A DNA stretch of 64,000 nt, from positions 14,508,001 to 14,572,000 of the forward strand of contig OZ004610.1 of the NCBI GenBank assembly GCA_963924565.1, written 5' to 3'. Below the pieces are notes generated by a model. That model was not told the origin of the DNA, ran no database searches, and worked only from the letters and a program-made list of their open reading frames with translations. The position numbers were made by a program, and so were the translations under genes. The stretch is from Ascidiella aspersa (Eukaryota). How positions within the stretch are numbered: position 1 is the first letter of the stretch; each line of letters starts with the position of its first letter. Shown here piece by piece: positions 1 through 11,849 of this stretch.

Positions 1-3000
1 GCTACACAACATCTCGACCGCTGCTACACAGAGAGCCCTGGTACAAGTGAAAGACTGGACTAAAAAGGGCTAAGCCGAAGCCGCAAACTTGTTTTGCCTT
101 CCTATCGTGCTCCAACGCCGCTCTGAAGGTGCACTCACAAAACAGTGGGCTGCGACACCTGGTACAACAAGTACCCGATGCATTCACACAATGGTGGCAA
201 TTTCGCTGCCGTAAAAGCGCAACACACCACACCGGCTACCGAGACAACCGCGCTGTTTGCAGAACAAGGAAGCGTCTGTGTTTTGTCGAGCCTATGCGAA
301 CCGCAGGCGCACACTGCGACTCGGAAATGGCGCAAAGACGACCGGAGCCCAATTTCGATATAAACGCCATATCAGGCTACTTTGCTGATAGCAAATCGAT
401 CGGAAAGAGGGGGGTGGGTAGTTTGAGATAATTTCGTTCTCGTGTTGTGAAACCTGGGGAAAGGGATTCGATATTTTGGCTGCCTCGCCGAGTTTGGTCG
501 AAATAGGAGAGCGATATTTCGTTAACGATTTATTCGGTTCGGTGGCATTAATTGTTTAAATCTTGCTTACCAAAGGCAACATGTGTATAGCATCTGCCAG
601 ATATCACGACATATGTTACACAATCCTAATTTTCAATAAAAAAACGAATACTATAAATACATCCACCTAATTGTAATAATGGTTTATTCAGCTTAACCTA
701 CGCCTAACAATCGTACAAATACAAAATCAGCTTGTTAGCGAACAAAACGTTTAAAAACGTATCCCTTGTCTTTGCCTCGTCTCTTAATTCAGTATAGTCC
801 AATACACACTGTTCAAATGAAGGAAAACACTGAACGGCGCTCAACTGTGTGGAAAACTCGCACTCTCCCGCGCCGGCCGCTTATCTAACACAAACAAGCA
901 TGGGAGTTGTGCGTGCCAGCGATTTGTCATACAAGCTAACGACGCGTCAGGAGCCGGGTCGCCATCGGCGGTTCTTTGATGTCGGCAGAAGACAGAGTTT
1001 TTTCGCACCGTTGCCGGGCCGCGGTCGTTACGGGGCAGCAATTTGGGCTGGGGATAGACTAGCGCTGTTTTGCGGGAGAGACATTATCGACGTAGTGTTG
1101 CAGTGGCACTGCCTTTTTTATATGGTCCGTAATTGTCACTTCGACATAATGTAATATTAAACATTGCGCCTTTTTTACCAGTGGAGGGTTTTTCCTTGTT
1201 TGAACGACTGGAAACCTCATCGATATAAAGTAGCTACACTACATATGACTAAGACGATTACCAATGTTCCAAATCAGTTAATGCGATTTTGCGCGAAACG
1301 ATTTATGACTGGTTCCGATAAGCCAAAGGTGCATATAGGCCGAAATTGTTACACTTGCTCGGTTGGTGACATGAAACTATTAAAGTCAATTTGAAAAAAG
1401 AATGTTAAAAAACCTGCTCTTGCACGTGAATAAAGTTATTAAAATTCATATATGACTAAAGTAGACATATTGCCGGTATTCCATAAACCACGCTGCATAA
1501 TTGGCAGTTGGTTTACACAGACAATTCTCTAAGGTCTGGTGCCTGAATCGAAATAGTTTGACCTATTTTAGCTACTTGGCCACTAAGATGAAGATTTGGC
1601 CAGCAACAACAAAACAAACAGCACTGGGCCATTTTTTACGACAAGAATGAATAAAGTTTTTTGGTACTAACGTGTTTGAAATTCAAATAACAAAGCATGT
1701 GAATATGTCTGTGTGAGAGTCACCGTTTTAGATCTAAAGACTTCTGCTGATCGTTTACTTTAGATTGTCATGTACAATGAAGAAAAAATGGCGGTAAAAC
1801 AATATCGAGACTTCCCACTGTGAGTCAAAATAAATAATAGGAGGATTGAATTTGAACCTAAATTAAATTTAACACCTTTTCTTGTGGGTTTCGATAATCG
1901 GACGAACAATTTATATCTGTCGCCATCTTGGCACCACCAAGTTTTCAGACATAAATAGAAAGAGGAGACGAAGGTATTCTATGGTCAAGTTGTAGTTTTG
2001 GGTCACAACTTTACAGTCCCGATGTAAGAAGTAAAACTAAAAAACGGAAACCAAAGGTGTTGGCAAATTTCACGTAACAACGATTTTCCAGACATGACAG
2101 CCGTCTTTTTCACATGCCGTCAGTGGGTTTGTGGTGAAACAAACCGTACCCTTTTTTAAAAAAAATACACAAATCAAACCATCGTGACAGTCGTAAACGC
2201 GCGTGGCTCTTAATGAGAGAACAATGACAACGATCGAGAAAGATCGGCTGTGGGATTATCCCAGGCTTAAATCGCAGCGCAAAACGATGATACGCGCAAG
2301 GTGCCCGGAGCTTGATTGGCGGCGTTGACGAAGCGAGACCAAGAGAGGCGAGGCGTGGAGACAGGACACCAAGAAAACACGGGCGAGTATATGATGTGGC
2401 TGCGGGGTGGGGCGAGGCTGTGGCACGCTACTGCCAGTCAACCGAGCGAGGTTTTGATGCGGCAACCATGCAGCTGGCACCGATTTTTGCTTCACGCGAG
2501 GCCGAACTTTCTTGGTTTGATTCAGTTAACGAGGTTAAAACAGTCGAAAACCTGAATCGTTTAATTTATCTGTCACTAATTATACAAATGTTGGTTTTTA
2601 TTGGCTCGAAATTATGGGCTATTGATCAATGCGTAGTATTGCAAGAAATCTTGCTGTTGTAAGTTCTACATATGAACAAACACACCGGTACCCATTTTAA
2701 AAACGACGGGATAAAATGTAAAAAAGTAAACCGCAAAATTAAAGCCACAGTAAGTGATCGAACTTTAGATAAAAAGTTTGGATGCGCGGCGCATTTAAAA
2801 AAATAGCTAAGTACGTTTTGGGTTGAGGTATGGGGTAAGCTTTAAATAGCAGGGCCTAAATGGCAGGCTCATAGAAATGCAATGAAACGCGAAAAAACAA
2901 TCTACAATCTTCGAGATGGCTTTCCTTCTCACGTTAACGGGAGCGGCCGGCCTACAACGATGCTACTTGACCGATGAGATTGCGTTACTCGTGTTTCGCT

Positions 3001-3567
3001 GCAAACTTTCGCCGGTGGTAGCTAAGCCGGCAATTTGTCTAACGCCAATGTTGCGGAATTCGAAACGTCGGTGACAGTTTAGCGATTTACTTTCCCACGG
3101 CGAAATTAAAAACGCTTGAAAGCGGGTGGTCTGGATTTAACCTTGAACCCTCCCTGACCTATACAGCATGACCGTGGCTAGGACCCCTACAGTGCAGCGC
3201 CACGGCAACCCACTGTGGATACGCATGTGTCGCTTTTCGTGTTTACTGAGATGCTAATTGGCCGCCAACGACATCCGGTATTGCCCGGTCGTTCGGAAAT
3301 ACGTGAGAATTGCGGCGGCTATTGACAAAAGTAGGTCTGTCACAGGAACTCTACTTTGTCGTTGCAATAGCGCAATGCGTATGATCGAGACTTAAAAGTA
3401 TAATTACCGTTAAAGCGTGCACAACTAATCCGTCCTTTAAGTCGAAAATACCTGTTAATCTTTGTAGATCGAAAAAGCATCCAGCGCAGGCGATAAACAA
3501 CTTTCCGAACAAAAAAAACAGCAGGCCGTTTGACACAAGAGGTAAAACCGCTTGTGTTGGATCTAAC

Positions 3568-3769
3568 CTGGGTTTAAATTGAGCGAGGCGTCGCTGTGCC
3601 ACCTCCGACTGAGGCGGGACTTGGGCTGCTGCAAAGCTGCCGGATGACGACGTAGAGAACCGGCCTTCAATGAGCTGAGCCGGCTGCGGATGCCTGGGCC
3701 CTTGCGTAGGTACTCCGTAAAGGCTTTGTTGTCCTTTTCGTGGTCCGCCTTGCTGTGGCTCTTGCCCAT
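3568..3769 (-). CDS. First coding exon of an unidentified, probably N-myristoylated protein; gene presumably continues leftwards out of the window
   Basis: ATG at 3769 gives MGKSHSKADHEKDNKAF...RRWHSDASLNLNP, matching the M-G-x-x-x-S-K myristoylation consensus. It ends at a CAG|GTTAGA donor (phase 1). A GTAAGT donor near 4430 suggests an upstream UTR exon. I found no convincing next exon in 1-3500. Confidence 0.6.
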
Positions 3770-5323
3770 GTTTCAGCCAGAATTTTCAACTTAGTTTCAA
3801 ACGACTGTCAGCATCGCTGATGATTAGCAGACTGCGACAAGTGGGAAACAGTATACTTGCAGATTATTACCACTTTTTCTATAATACACAAAAGTAGTAC
3901 CTCAACAACCACTATTAGCCGGCTTCCGTTTAACGCAAATTTGCACAGCTAATTTTAATTTTTTTTCTAGCACTTTTCACACTGCAGTGACTGCACTAGC
4001 GCACTGCCTGTGTTCGTCAGGTAAACTTTCAAGACTCGCGATTTCCGCTTTGCGGTTTTTACGCCTAACCGCAAGAGAAACTGTCTATTTTCGCTGACCG
4101 ACGGCTTGATTTATCTGTTTGAGGCTTAGAGCAAGCCTTAAGCAACAACAAACGGCCGAAGCAACAACAAACTATGCGACTCCGTCTGGACTCAAGCGAG
4201 AAAAAAAACTGAATCGAGTGCGTAAATCGGCGCCGAACTTCGAGAATCACGTCCACCTTGAGGCACTTAAAGCCCGCCAGCTAATAAGCTGCGAACATTA
4301 CGAGCGCTTTCAGACGCCTTATCAATTACTGGTTGCCAAACCCAGTTCCAATACCACTCCACCAGTAATCACCTACAACGTAGGGTAATGGCGAGACGGG
4401 AGTCCAGTTGTAATTAGGGTGTGGACTTACGTAAACAATAATAAACCCTACTTGACAAATCAAATTCTGTTTATTTTCTTTGCTAAATGTGATGGATTGC
4501 TATCTGCTTTTTTTACTGCCTGCCTGACATCTGCACCTCTGTCCTCTGCGTATGTTAACCCTTTTTTAAAATAAGTTGTCAAAAGTTTTCTGGCGCGGGC
4601 GAAAGCAAACGTTCGCGATTGGTATACTGGCGAGTGCGCGGGACACTTGTAATCCTCAAGTGCCAACAATGCCTTTATCTCGCCTCCATCTGCAAAGACT
4701 GCAACACTCGCGATTGACCGATCGGCCGTCCTGTGGCGAACGGCAAGTTGGTCATTGTTTAACTTCACTTGCCTACGGACATTAGCTGCGGGAAGCCAGA
4801 TAGTCGATAGCAATCCGGCCTGCTGTCTGAATATGTGCCAGGACAGTTTACGGGTCGGATAGACACCGTTTTGTTGTGTTTGGGGTTTAAGAAGTCAGCG
4901 CGCGTGCAACCCAAGGAATTCGCACCCCCAGAGAAAGGCGCCGTGGCGCTACGAAAATATAAGAGAGACTTGTAGAAAAGAAGAAGCGTGTCGACCCCAG
5001 TACCAAGGTGCCTGACGCTAACTGATGTGACATGCATGGGCGCGAATCCTCAACACACACACACAGCAAAAATCGTACCCTCGTGCCCTAATAGGGATAG
5101 TTCGAACGCCTTTGCCTGCAGGAGTGCAGGTGTCGAATTGCAGGAGTTCGCCGACAGAAAACGAAATTAGTCAAGAAAGGAATGGGCCGCACAAGTTGAG
5201 CAAGGCTATTTGCTGAGCAACTGTTGTTTTCAAGAGGTTCAGAGATTTTAAATTGAATGTTTTATACAGGTTTGCATGCACCAAAGAGATTTACACTTTG
5301 GAACATAATGGTTGGAGGTTGTA

Positions 5324-8300
5324 GTAAGACGTAATAAGAATATCAAAGCCCATACAGAAGTGGTATCATTTTGAACGTTTCAAATAATTCTTTGTTTATT
5401 TTCAACATCTGATATACACTGTTATAAGGACTTTAATGGTAAATTACCAGAATATAAAATAAGGTTACAGTGTGATTGTATCTTTACAAATTAAGATAGG
5501 AAACAGAATTACTGTTACAACAAAAAATGATTTACAGAATCCTGTTTTTTAAGTGTTATGGCATCAGACCGACAGAGGATCTATATTTTCATATAGTCAT
5601 GTTTAAAAAGTTTTTTACAGAGCATCTGTTAAAAATACTGGAAAGTATGAATTTTACTAATGGAAAATAGAATTCAAGCATATTTTGTAATTGAATTGTT
5701 TGGTACAAAAACTTTAAATAAACTTGAGAAATTACCTAGAGCTGAGAATAAGATTAGAATGCTTTTACTGATTTTAGTCTATTATCATGCGTTTTTTGAA
5801 TAAATAACTTTATGTATAAAATAAAATTAATAGACTCCTCTACAAACATATTAAATCACACAGAATTTTTTCAGAAAAGAAAGGATAAAAAACTTATTTC
5901 AGAAAGGATAAAATGTTGTTTTTCCGCTTTTAAAAACTGAATCACGCTTTTTTCCATATTGTGAATTACATACCAAACTACCAAAGCAGAATTAAAACAA
6001 ACAAACAAGTCCTTATAACAATTACCTTTTATTGCTTTTAAAAGTTTGTTTTATAACAAATCTGTTCACTTTTATGATAGAACATTACATGAAACACTAC
6101 TTGTATATGCAAGACAATATGCTTGTATGTAATTCTCAGCAACCAAACCTTTGAGTGACCCCTACTAAAATATTTTTTATTTGTCTAGGGAAAAATTATA
6201 AAGCGAAAAAAATTTTAAACAAAAGGACCATTGTGAATATTGAAATAAACTAAACAAAATTTCTATCAATTTCTCTGCTCGCTTATATTAAAACATTCCT
6301 CTGGGTATAGTTTCAGCAGCTTACTACCTTTCACCAAATCTAGTTTTCAAAAATATTGAAAATATTAAAAATCCCAAATAAAATCTACAGTAAAAATCAG
6401 GAAAATTAAAGTTCAATTATTAAAAAATATTAACAGAAAGTAAAATTTCCACAATAAATTACTACCCGTGTCATAACAAAAGAATTTTTAAATATATAAT
6501 ATGTAATTAAATTATAAAAAAAGTATTTTAAAAATATAATATGTTTTATGTACGGTACTAACGCTGATGTATTTCTTTAACAGGTCCGACTGCATCCTAT
6601 AAAAATTAAACAAAAATAATTCTTTCGTCATGTGGTCATAGAACTCTTATTTACATTTTTGGAATAATACATTGCTGACAAGAAAGAAAGGAATACAATG
6701 TTGGGGAAATTATTTGAAATAATGACTATGCTACAAGGATATCCTAAAATTTACATCTTAACTAACCCATGCAAAAAAACCAAAATGGTGCACTGTTTTA
6801 GGAATTCTGTGAACAATGAATGAAAAAAGTCTATCAAGGCTATATATTTCTGTCCAATTTTTTTTTGCCTCACTATCGTAAAAAGCAATTTGCAAAAAAT
6901 ATACCCAACCACACATTGTGCATTTAACTATGTTTTTAGTATTTTTTAAACAACAGCAAATTGTATCAAGGGTGAGTTCAGTCTGCATTTCATGGCACTT
7001 TGGCCAAAATCTGGGGTGAGCTGCTCCAAATTTTTTAGATGTAGAATTATGTATTTTTTTGAAGTTCGGAATCTTTCCACAGCTCAACCTTTTTTGTCAA
7101 CTTTAGCGAAAAATATAGTGATTCAGATGTGCACACAAACTCCTTTATATCAGGTGTATATTTGCCAGGCTGCCACAAAGCCAGTCTGGGAAGTATGGCA
7201 GATCTCGACGATAACACTTTCACTTTCAAATTTCTGGTGCACTTTATGATTTTCCGATGCACATTCTATTGCATACATTGTAGTGTGAACGTATGCCGCA
7301 CAAGCGTTTCACATATTTGGGGTGCAGTTTAGATTTTTTCAGGTTGCACTTTTCAAAGGTTGAGTAAAACTAGCGGGTGCACTTGCCATACTTTATGCAG
7401 TGGCCACAGAGTAGGTTTGTGTAAGCATTGACCAGTATGGGCCACCAACGGTCTATTGGTGAAGGGAATCTCAGACACAACTATACAATTTTTTTTTCGC
7501 CTCACTTGCTTATAATACTATAAAATTCAAAAGGACTTAAAAAAATAAATCGGCAGTTGTTTATAAAATTCCTTGCATTTCTAATCACTTACCTTCCTGG
7601 TCTGGAGAGGTGAGGCAGGCAGGGCGTTTAAACGGCATGTAAAACAATCAACTTTTTCTCTATCGTGATAACACAGCTTATCAACTCGTCAATGAGTAGC
7701 TTGATAATCATCAGTTTGCACGCACGTTTAAATCCCACGTCTTTTGCATGTGTTGCCAGGAATGCCAAACTTTATTCCCCAGTGGCTTAACATAGTAATA
7801 TTAAACCGTCAATCACTAAAATATCCTGTCTAGTAGAACCACATTACGTAATGTCTTGTTCCATACCTGATAAACCGCCGACTTCATCTGACCATTTAAT
7901 TCGGGAAAGTTATAATTTCACATAGGCATTTCATATAAAAGTAATTTATTTTGTTCATAAAAGGGATAAATATTGAGTTGTAATAAGTTTATAAAATGAT
8001 ATTAAGGGGTCGACGTTAAAGCGTTAGGATTAGGATGACTTTATTTATAAAACCTTTCAAGAGACGAGTCAAGACGTTTAACTTTTCCGGATAAGGTTCG
8101 GTTGAAGTTTACATAGTTTTTAGAATCCGGTTTAGTTCCGGTTTCCGTTGGGAGCAACTTAAACGTTCCTGTTCGGCCGAGGTTCGACCAAATTGGTTTC
8201 ATAACCGGTTTATAAAGCTCCGGTTCGAGTTAAAAAAAATGTACCTTGAGTTAACCTAAAACTGTGTACCTATAAATAAACTGAAAAACTATATTTACTA

Positions 8301-8604
8301 ATAAAGTTTTAATAATCGAACTAAAACTATGCGTTTATGAAGTATCAAAAAATCAAACAACTAAACATTAAAATATCTGATCCAATGGTTCTGCCTTGGC
8401 TCGAACTAAAAATTAAAATTTTAAGATTTTGTAATTTTTTTTATTAGTCCTATTATACATGCTTGCCGTTAAGCCTATTTTTATGCTGCACAATGCTTTG
8501 CATAAAAGACTTGCAGTTGATGTTGAAAATAAATAAAGAGTTATTCGAAACGTTCAAAATGATACCTACTTCTGTATGGGTTTGATAGTCTTATTACGAC
8601 TTAC
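5324..8604. repeat. Pair of ~86-bp inverted repeats (5324-5409 and 8519-8604), possibly the ends of an old DNA transposon
   Basis: gtaagacgtaataagaatatcaaagcccatacagaagtggtatcattttgaacgtttcaaataattctttgtttattttcaacatc is closely matched by the reverse complement of 8519-8604. No TSD or transposase was recognised. Confidence 0.6.
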
Positions 8605-8726
8605 AGTTCAGCAAATGAAAAAAATGGTTAATGATTTTCAAATTTGCACTTTTTTGGCGTCTAATTTGGACATAGACCAACTATAAAAGCCCGAGTATTC
8701 GATAATTGTTCTATCTTTACTGGAGT

Positions 8727-9464
8727 TAGTTGTCTACCCCAGGGTCCCCCTGGGGGGCCAAGGAGTTGTCTTTGGGGGGGCACGAGCACAAGTCTGTAGC
8801 AATGTCGTGGTATTGCAAAACCCGTGTCACTATTTTTATTTTTTATCTGCTCGCCTAATTGCCAAACATTGTTTCGTCACATACAACCAACATTTGTGTT
8901 TTTTCAGTTTACTCAGTTTTTCTTTGTAATGTTTAACCAGCATTTTAATTATTTTGTAAACTGCAAGTTAGAATGATAGCAAAACAAATACAAGCAAGTT
9001 GAACATTGTTTTTTCACAAAACGTCAAATAACGATATTAACAGATATTACCATTTTGGCTCGGAGAGATTGATATTTTGTTGCTCCATTGATTAAATTTT
9101 GTGGTAAAATTAATTGTGTTAAGTTAAGACTAAATGGTCAAAGCAAGCTTTACAGAACGAAGGAAAGTTGAATTGCACTCAGAGGTTTACTATTGAAAAT
9201 ACGTTTTACACAACGCTTAAACAAGGTTTTGTGTTATCAAACGTCGAAAATTGGCAAATGGTTCAAGAGTTACGTCTTATTTGGCTTCACAAAAGTTAGA
9301 CGAGACGTCAGTGATTGTGCGCAGTGTCTGCACTGCTCGGTGGTGAGGTCACATTTGTCATTACGACCCTCCAAACTTAAAAATCATCGCGATAAAAAGC
9401 ATCCTTAAGAAAAAATGATGTCGCCTATGTTATTTCTGCCAAAAAGAATTCGATTCGACCAGGA
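8727..9464 (+). mobile_element. Degenerate hAT (Buster/Charlie-type) transposon 5' relic with a BED zinc-finger remnant
   Basis: 9247-9405 translates as KIGKWFKSYVLFGFTKVRRDVSDCAQCLHCSVVRSHLSLRPSKLKNHRDKKHP, matching the Buster/ZBED5 N-terminal pattern Y-x-x-FGF...C-x-x-C...PSKL-x-x-H-x4-HP. A GC-rich Charlie-like subterminus (ccccagggtccccctggggggcc) lies at ~8737. Confidence 0.75.
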
Positions 9465-9472
9465 ACCTAGAT

Positions 9473-9766
9473 CAGGGGTGTCCAACATGAGGCACGCGAC
9501 CTAATAAAAAATGGCACGCACGTGACATGTCCCCCCAAAATACAGCCAATTGTGTTATACAGCCAATTGTCAATGTTTATTAACAATAAAAAACAATCCC
9601 GGCAATTACGACAAGAAAAGAATTACTTCTGATATTATACCACTATATGGTTTTTATTTTTTGGATAAAAGCGCTTTTATTATTAGAAAAGAAATATTGC
9701 TAAACTTTGACACGGGAAGAAGTTATAAAATAAAATTGGCACGTCAACATGTTTTAGACACCCCTG
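9473..9766. mobile_element. hAT (Buster-type) MITE, 294 bp
   Basis: Termini are CAGGGGTGTCCAACATG ... CATGTTTTAGACACCCCTG. A perfect 8-bp TSD ACCTAGAT sits at 9465-9472 and 9767-9774 (nnnTAnnn pattern). Confidence 0.92.
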
Positions 9767-11849
9767 ACCTAGATATATTGCATGTAGGCCTACTTGTAGT
9801 TATATGTCATCAAAGGTAAAGTTTTCATTATTAATTCTTTGCAATATTTTTAACCTTTCTTATAAATATTTTATATTTAAATGGCTAAAAAGTCTGCTTT
9901 AGAAAAAAACTTAACTGGGATTCAAGCTACTTTCATTAACGAATCACCGACACTATTACACGGTAAAATGAGGATAAATGCATACATTTACTTAATTATG
10001 TAGCGAGTCACCAATAAAAAAAACAGTTTGCCACTTAAAACTAAGATTGTTTTTTCATATATGCAGGGCACTAAAATGAAAGCTAAAATATTAGTTTGCA
10101 TTGTAATAGAGGTACAAATAAGCGTGTTAGCATGTCATTTCTTTTATTTTTACCTTTTATAACGTAGAAAATGTTCTCTCCTGAACCAACGTTTCACTTC
10201 GATCTGACTAATTTTATGACGACGTATTTTATATTCGTATACAGTGTGAGATCAAATTTCAGGGGTAACTTTGTGCACAGTATGTTTAGAATTGCCTTAC
10301 GGTAGGCTGCCTAAAGGATTACTGATATTCTCCTACGAATCTGTTAAATTTTGAAATCAGCAGCTAGGCTATATTAAATAGTGAATAGTTTATGGATTTT
10401 TACTACATGGCAGACAAACAAGCGATTCATGTAAAGTTTTCGTCGATAGCCGGCATTGGGTAAACACTTTATTTACAATTGGCGAGTGAGGTACAAAGGC
10501 CGCAAAAAGCAGAACAACATTCGCGAACCGCATTCTGAAGTTGATATAACCATTGTTACGTGAATATAATGTTATATAGTTGTTAAAACAAATTAGTGAT
10601 GAAGTTACAAAGGTAAACAATAAATCTTGAAAACACCTGCTGTTCTCGAGCGAAATCTTGCGCAACTACAGGCAGCCGAAGTCCCAATTAAAAAAATAAC
10701 TTTAATTTGGCATAATTTTCCAAAACTAACATTTACTTAAAAAGGATTCTTCACGCAATGCGTACATGAAGAAATTCGCATATTGCTCGAAATATAGTTT
10801 GGTGGAGGCCATGGCCTGGTATCCAAGCCTGGTTCCAACCAAGTTTGTAACCATGCTTTTAAAAACTATTTCTTGTGATCGCCGCAACGGACTACTCACC
10901 GTACTCTGGGGTGGCAACAATTCTCACCACATTAAATAATTTTAAAATGCTCTTTGTTAAACCACTAAATACGATTCGAAAGTTAAAAGTTTGCCTAAAC
11001 CCCGAAGTGGCCTATCATTAAACTATTATACGCCTGACTAAACTATGCAAATTGTGGTTTTCTTCCATCATTACAGCAATTATGTGTGATCGCGCAATAG
11101 ACAAGCAAGTCCACCTTTATATAAAAAATTGTAGAAGTTTTATAGAAGTGATCGAATTTAGTAATAAATCAAATTTCTGTATTTTTTAATTGAAATTATA
11201 TAAACTTAAAAATGTTACTACATGACCCGTATGTTGTGTAGACCTGGCTTACGCTAAAGGTTTGTATTTGGTTCTAGGCCGTATTGTTATGCAACCGAGC
11301 TGGTCTTCATTTACCATTTTAAATAAGTAGATTAAACTAATTCATGCTTTCTTTAGTCCCTCTTTGTATTAAGTGACTGGTTTTACTAATTCCAGTAACC
11401 AAGGGCGTTGGCTTAGTCATTAATTGTTTTGTTGTCACTTATTCACCGAATGCTTATACACTGACAACTAATGTGGAAAACCAACAAAAAAAGGAAAAAT
11501 AAATCAGACAAAAAATTCAAAACAACTCTTTTAACGACTTTTTCTCCCGCTTTGTAAACCGTGTACGAAACAACAGTTACACATTACGCACGTATATCAA
11601 CGAATAAAACCCGTGTTGTGGTGATTTCACATATTCTTTCCAAAACGAAACCTGTTTACGAAAAAAACAGTGCGCTGTAAAATCACGGTAAACAGAAAAC
11701 TTGATGACATCACGCGTGTTTGTGACGTCGGTTGGAGAATCCCCAGTAAATAATGTCACGTTTCAAGGGGCCCACAAATCGTATATATACCGAAGATTTT
11801 TCGAAAGGCATACAATTTAAGAGAAATATATTTTGACCATTAAGCTGCA

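Noticed and set aside
1-3500. Numerous 60-116 aa ORFs in the GC-rich left end
   Set aside because: They show no recognisable motifs, overlap on both strands and form no consistent exon chain; most likely intronic.
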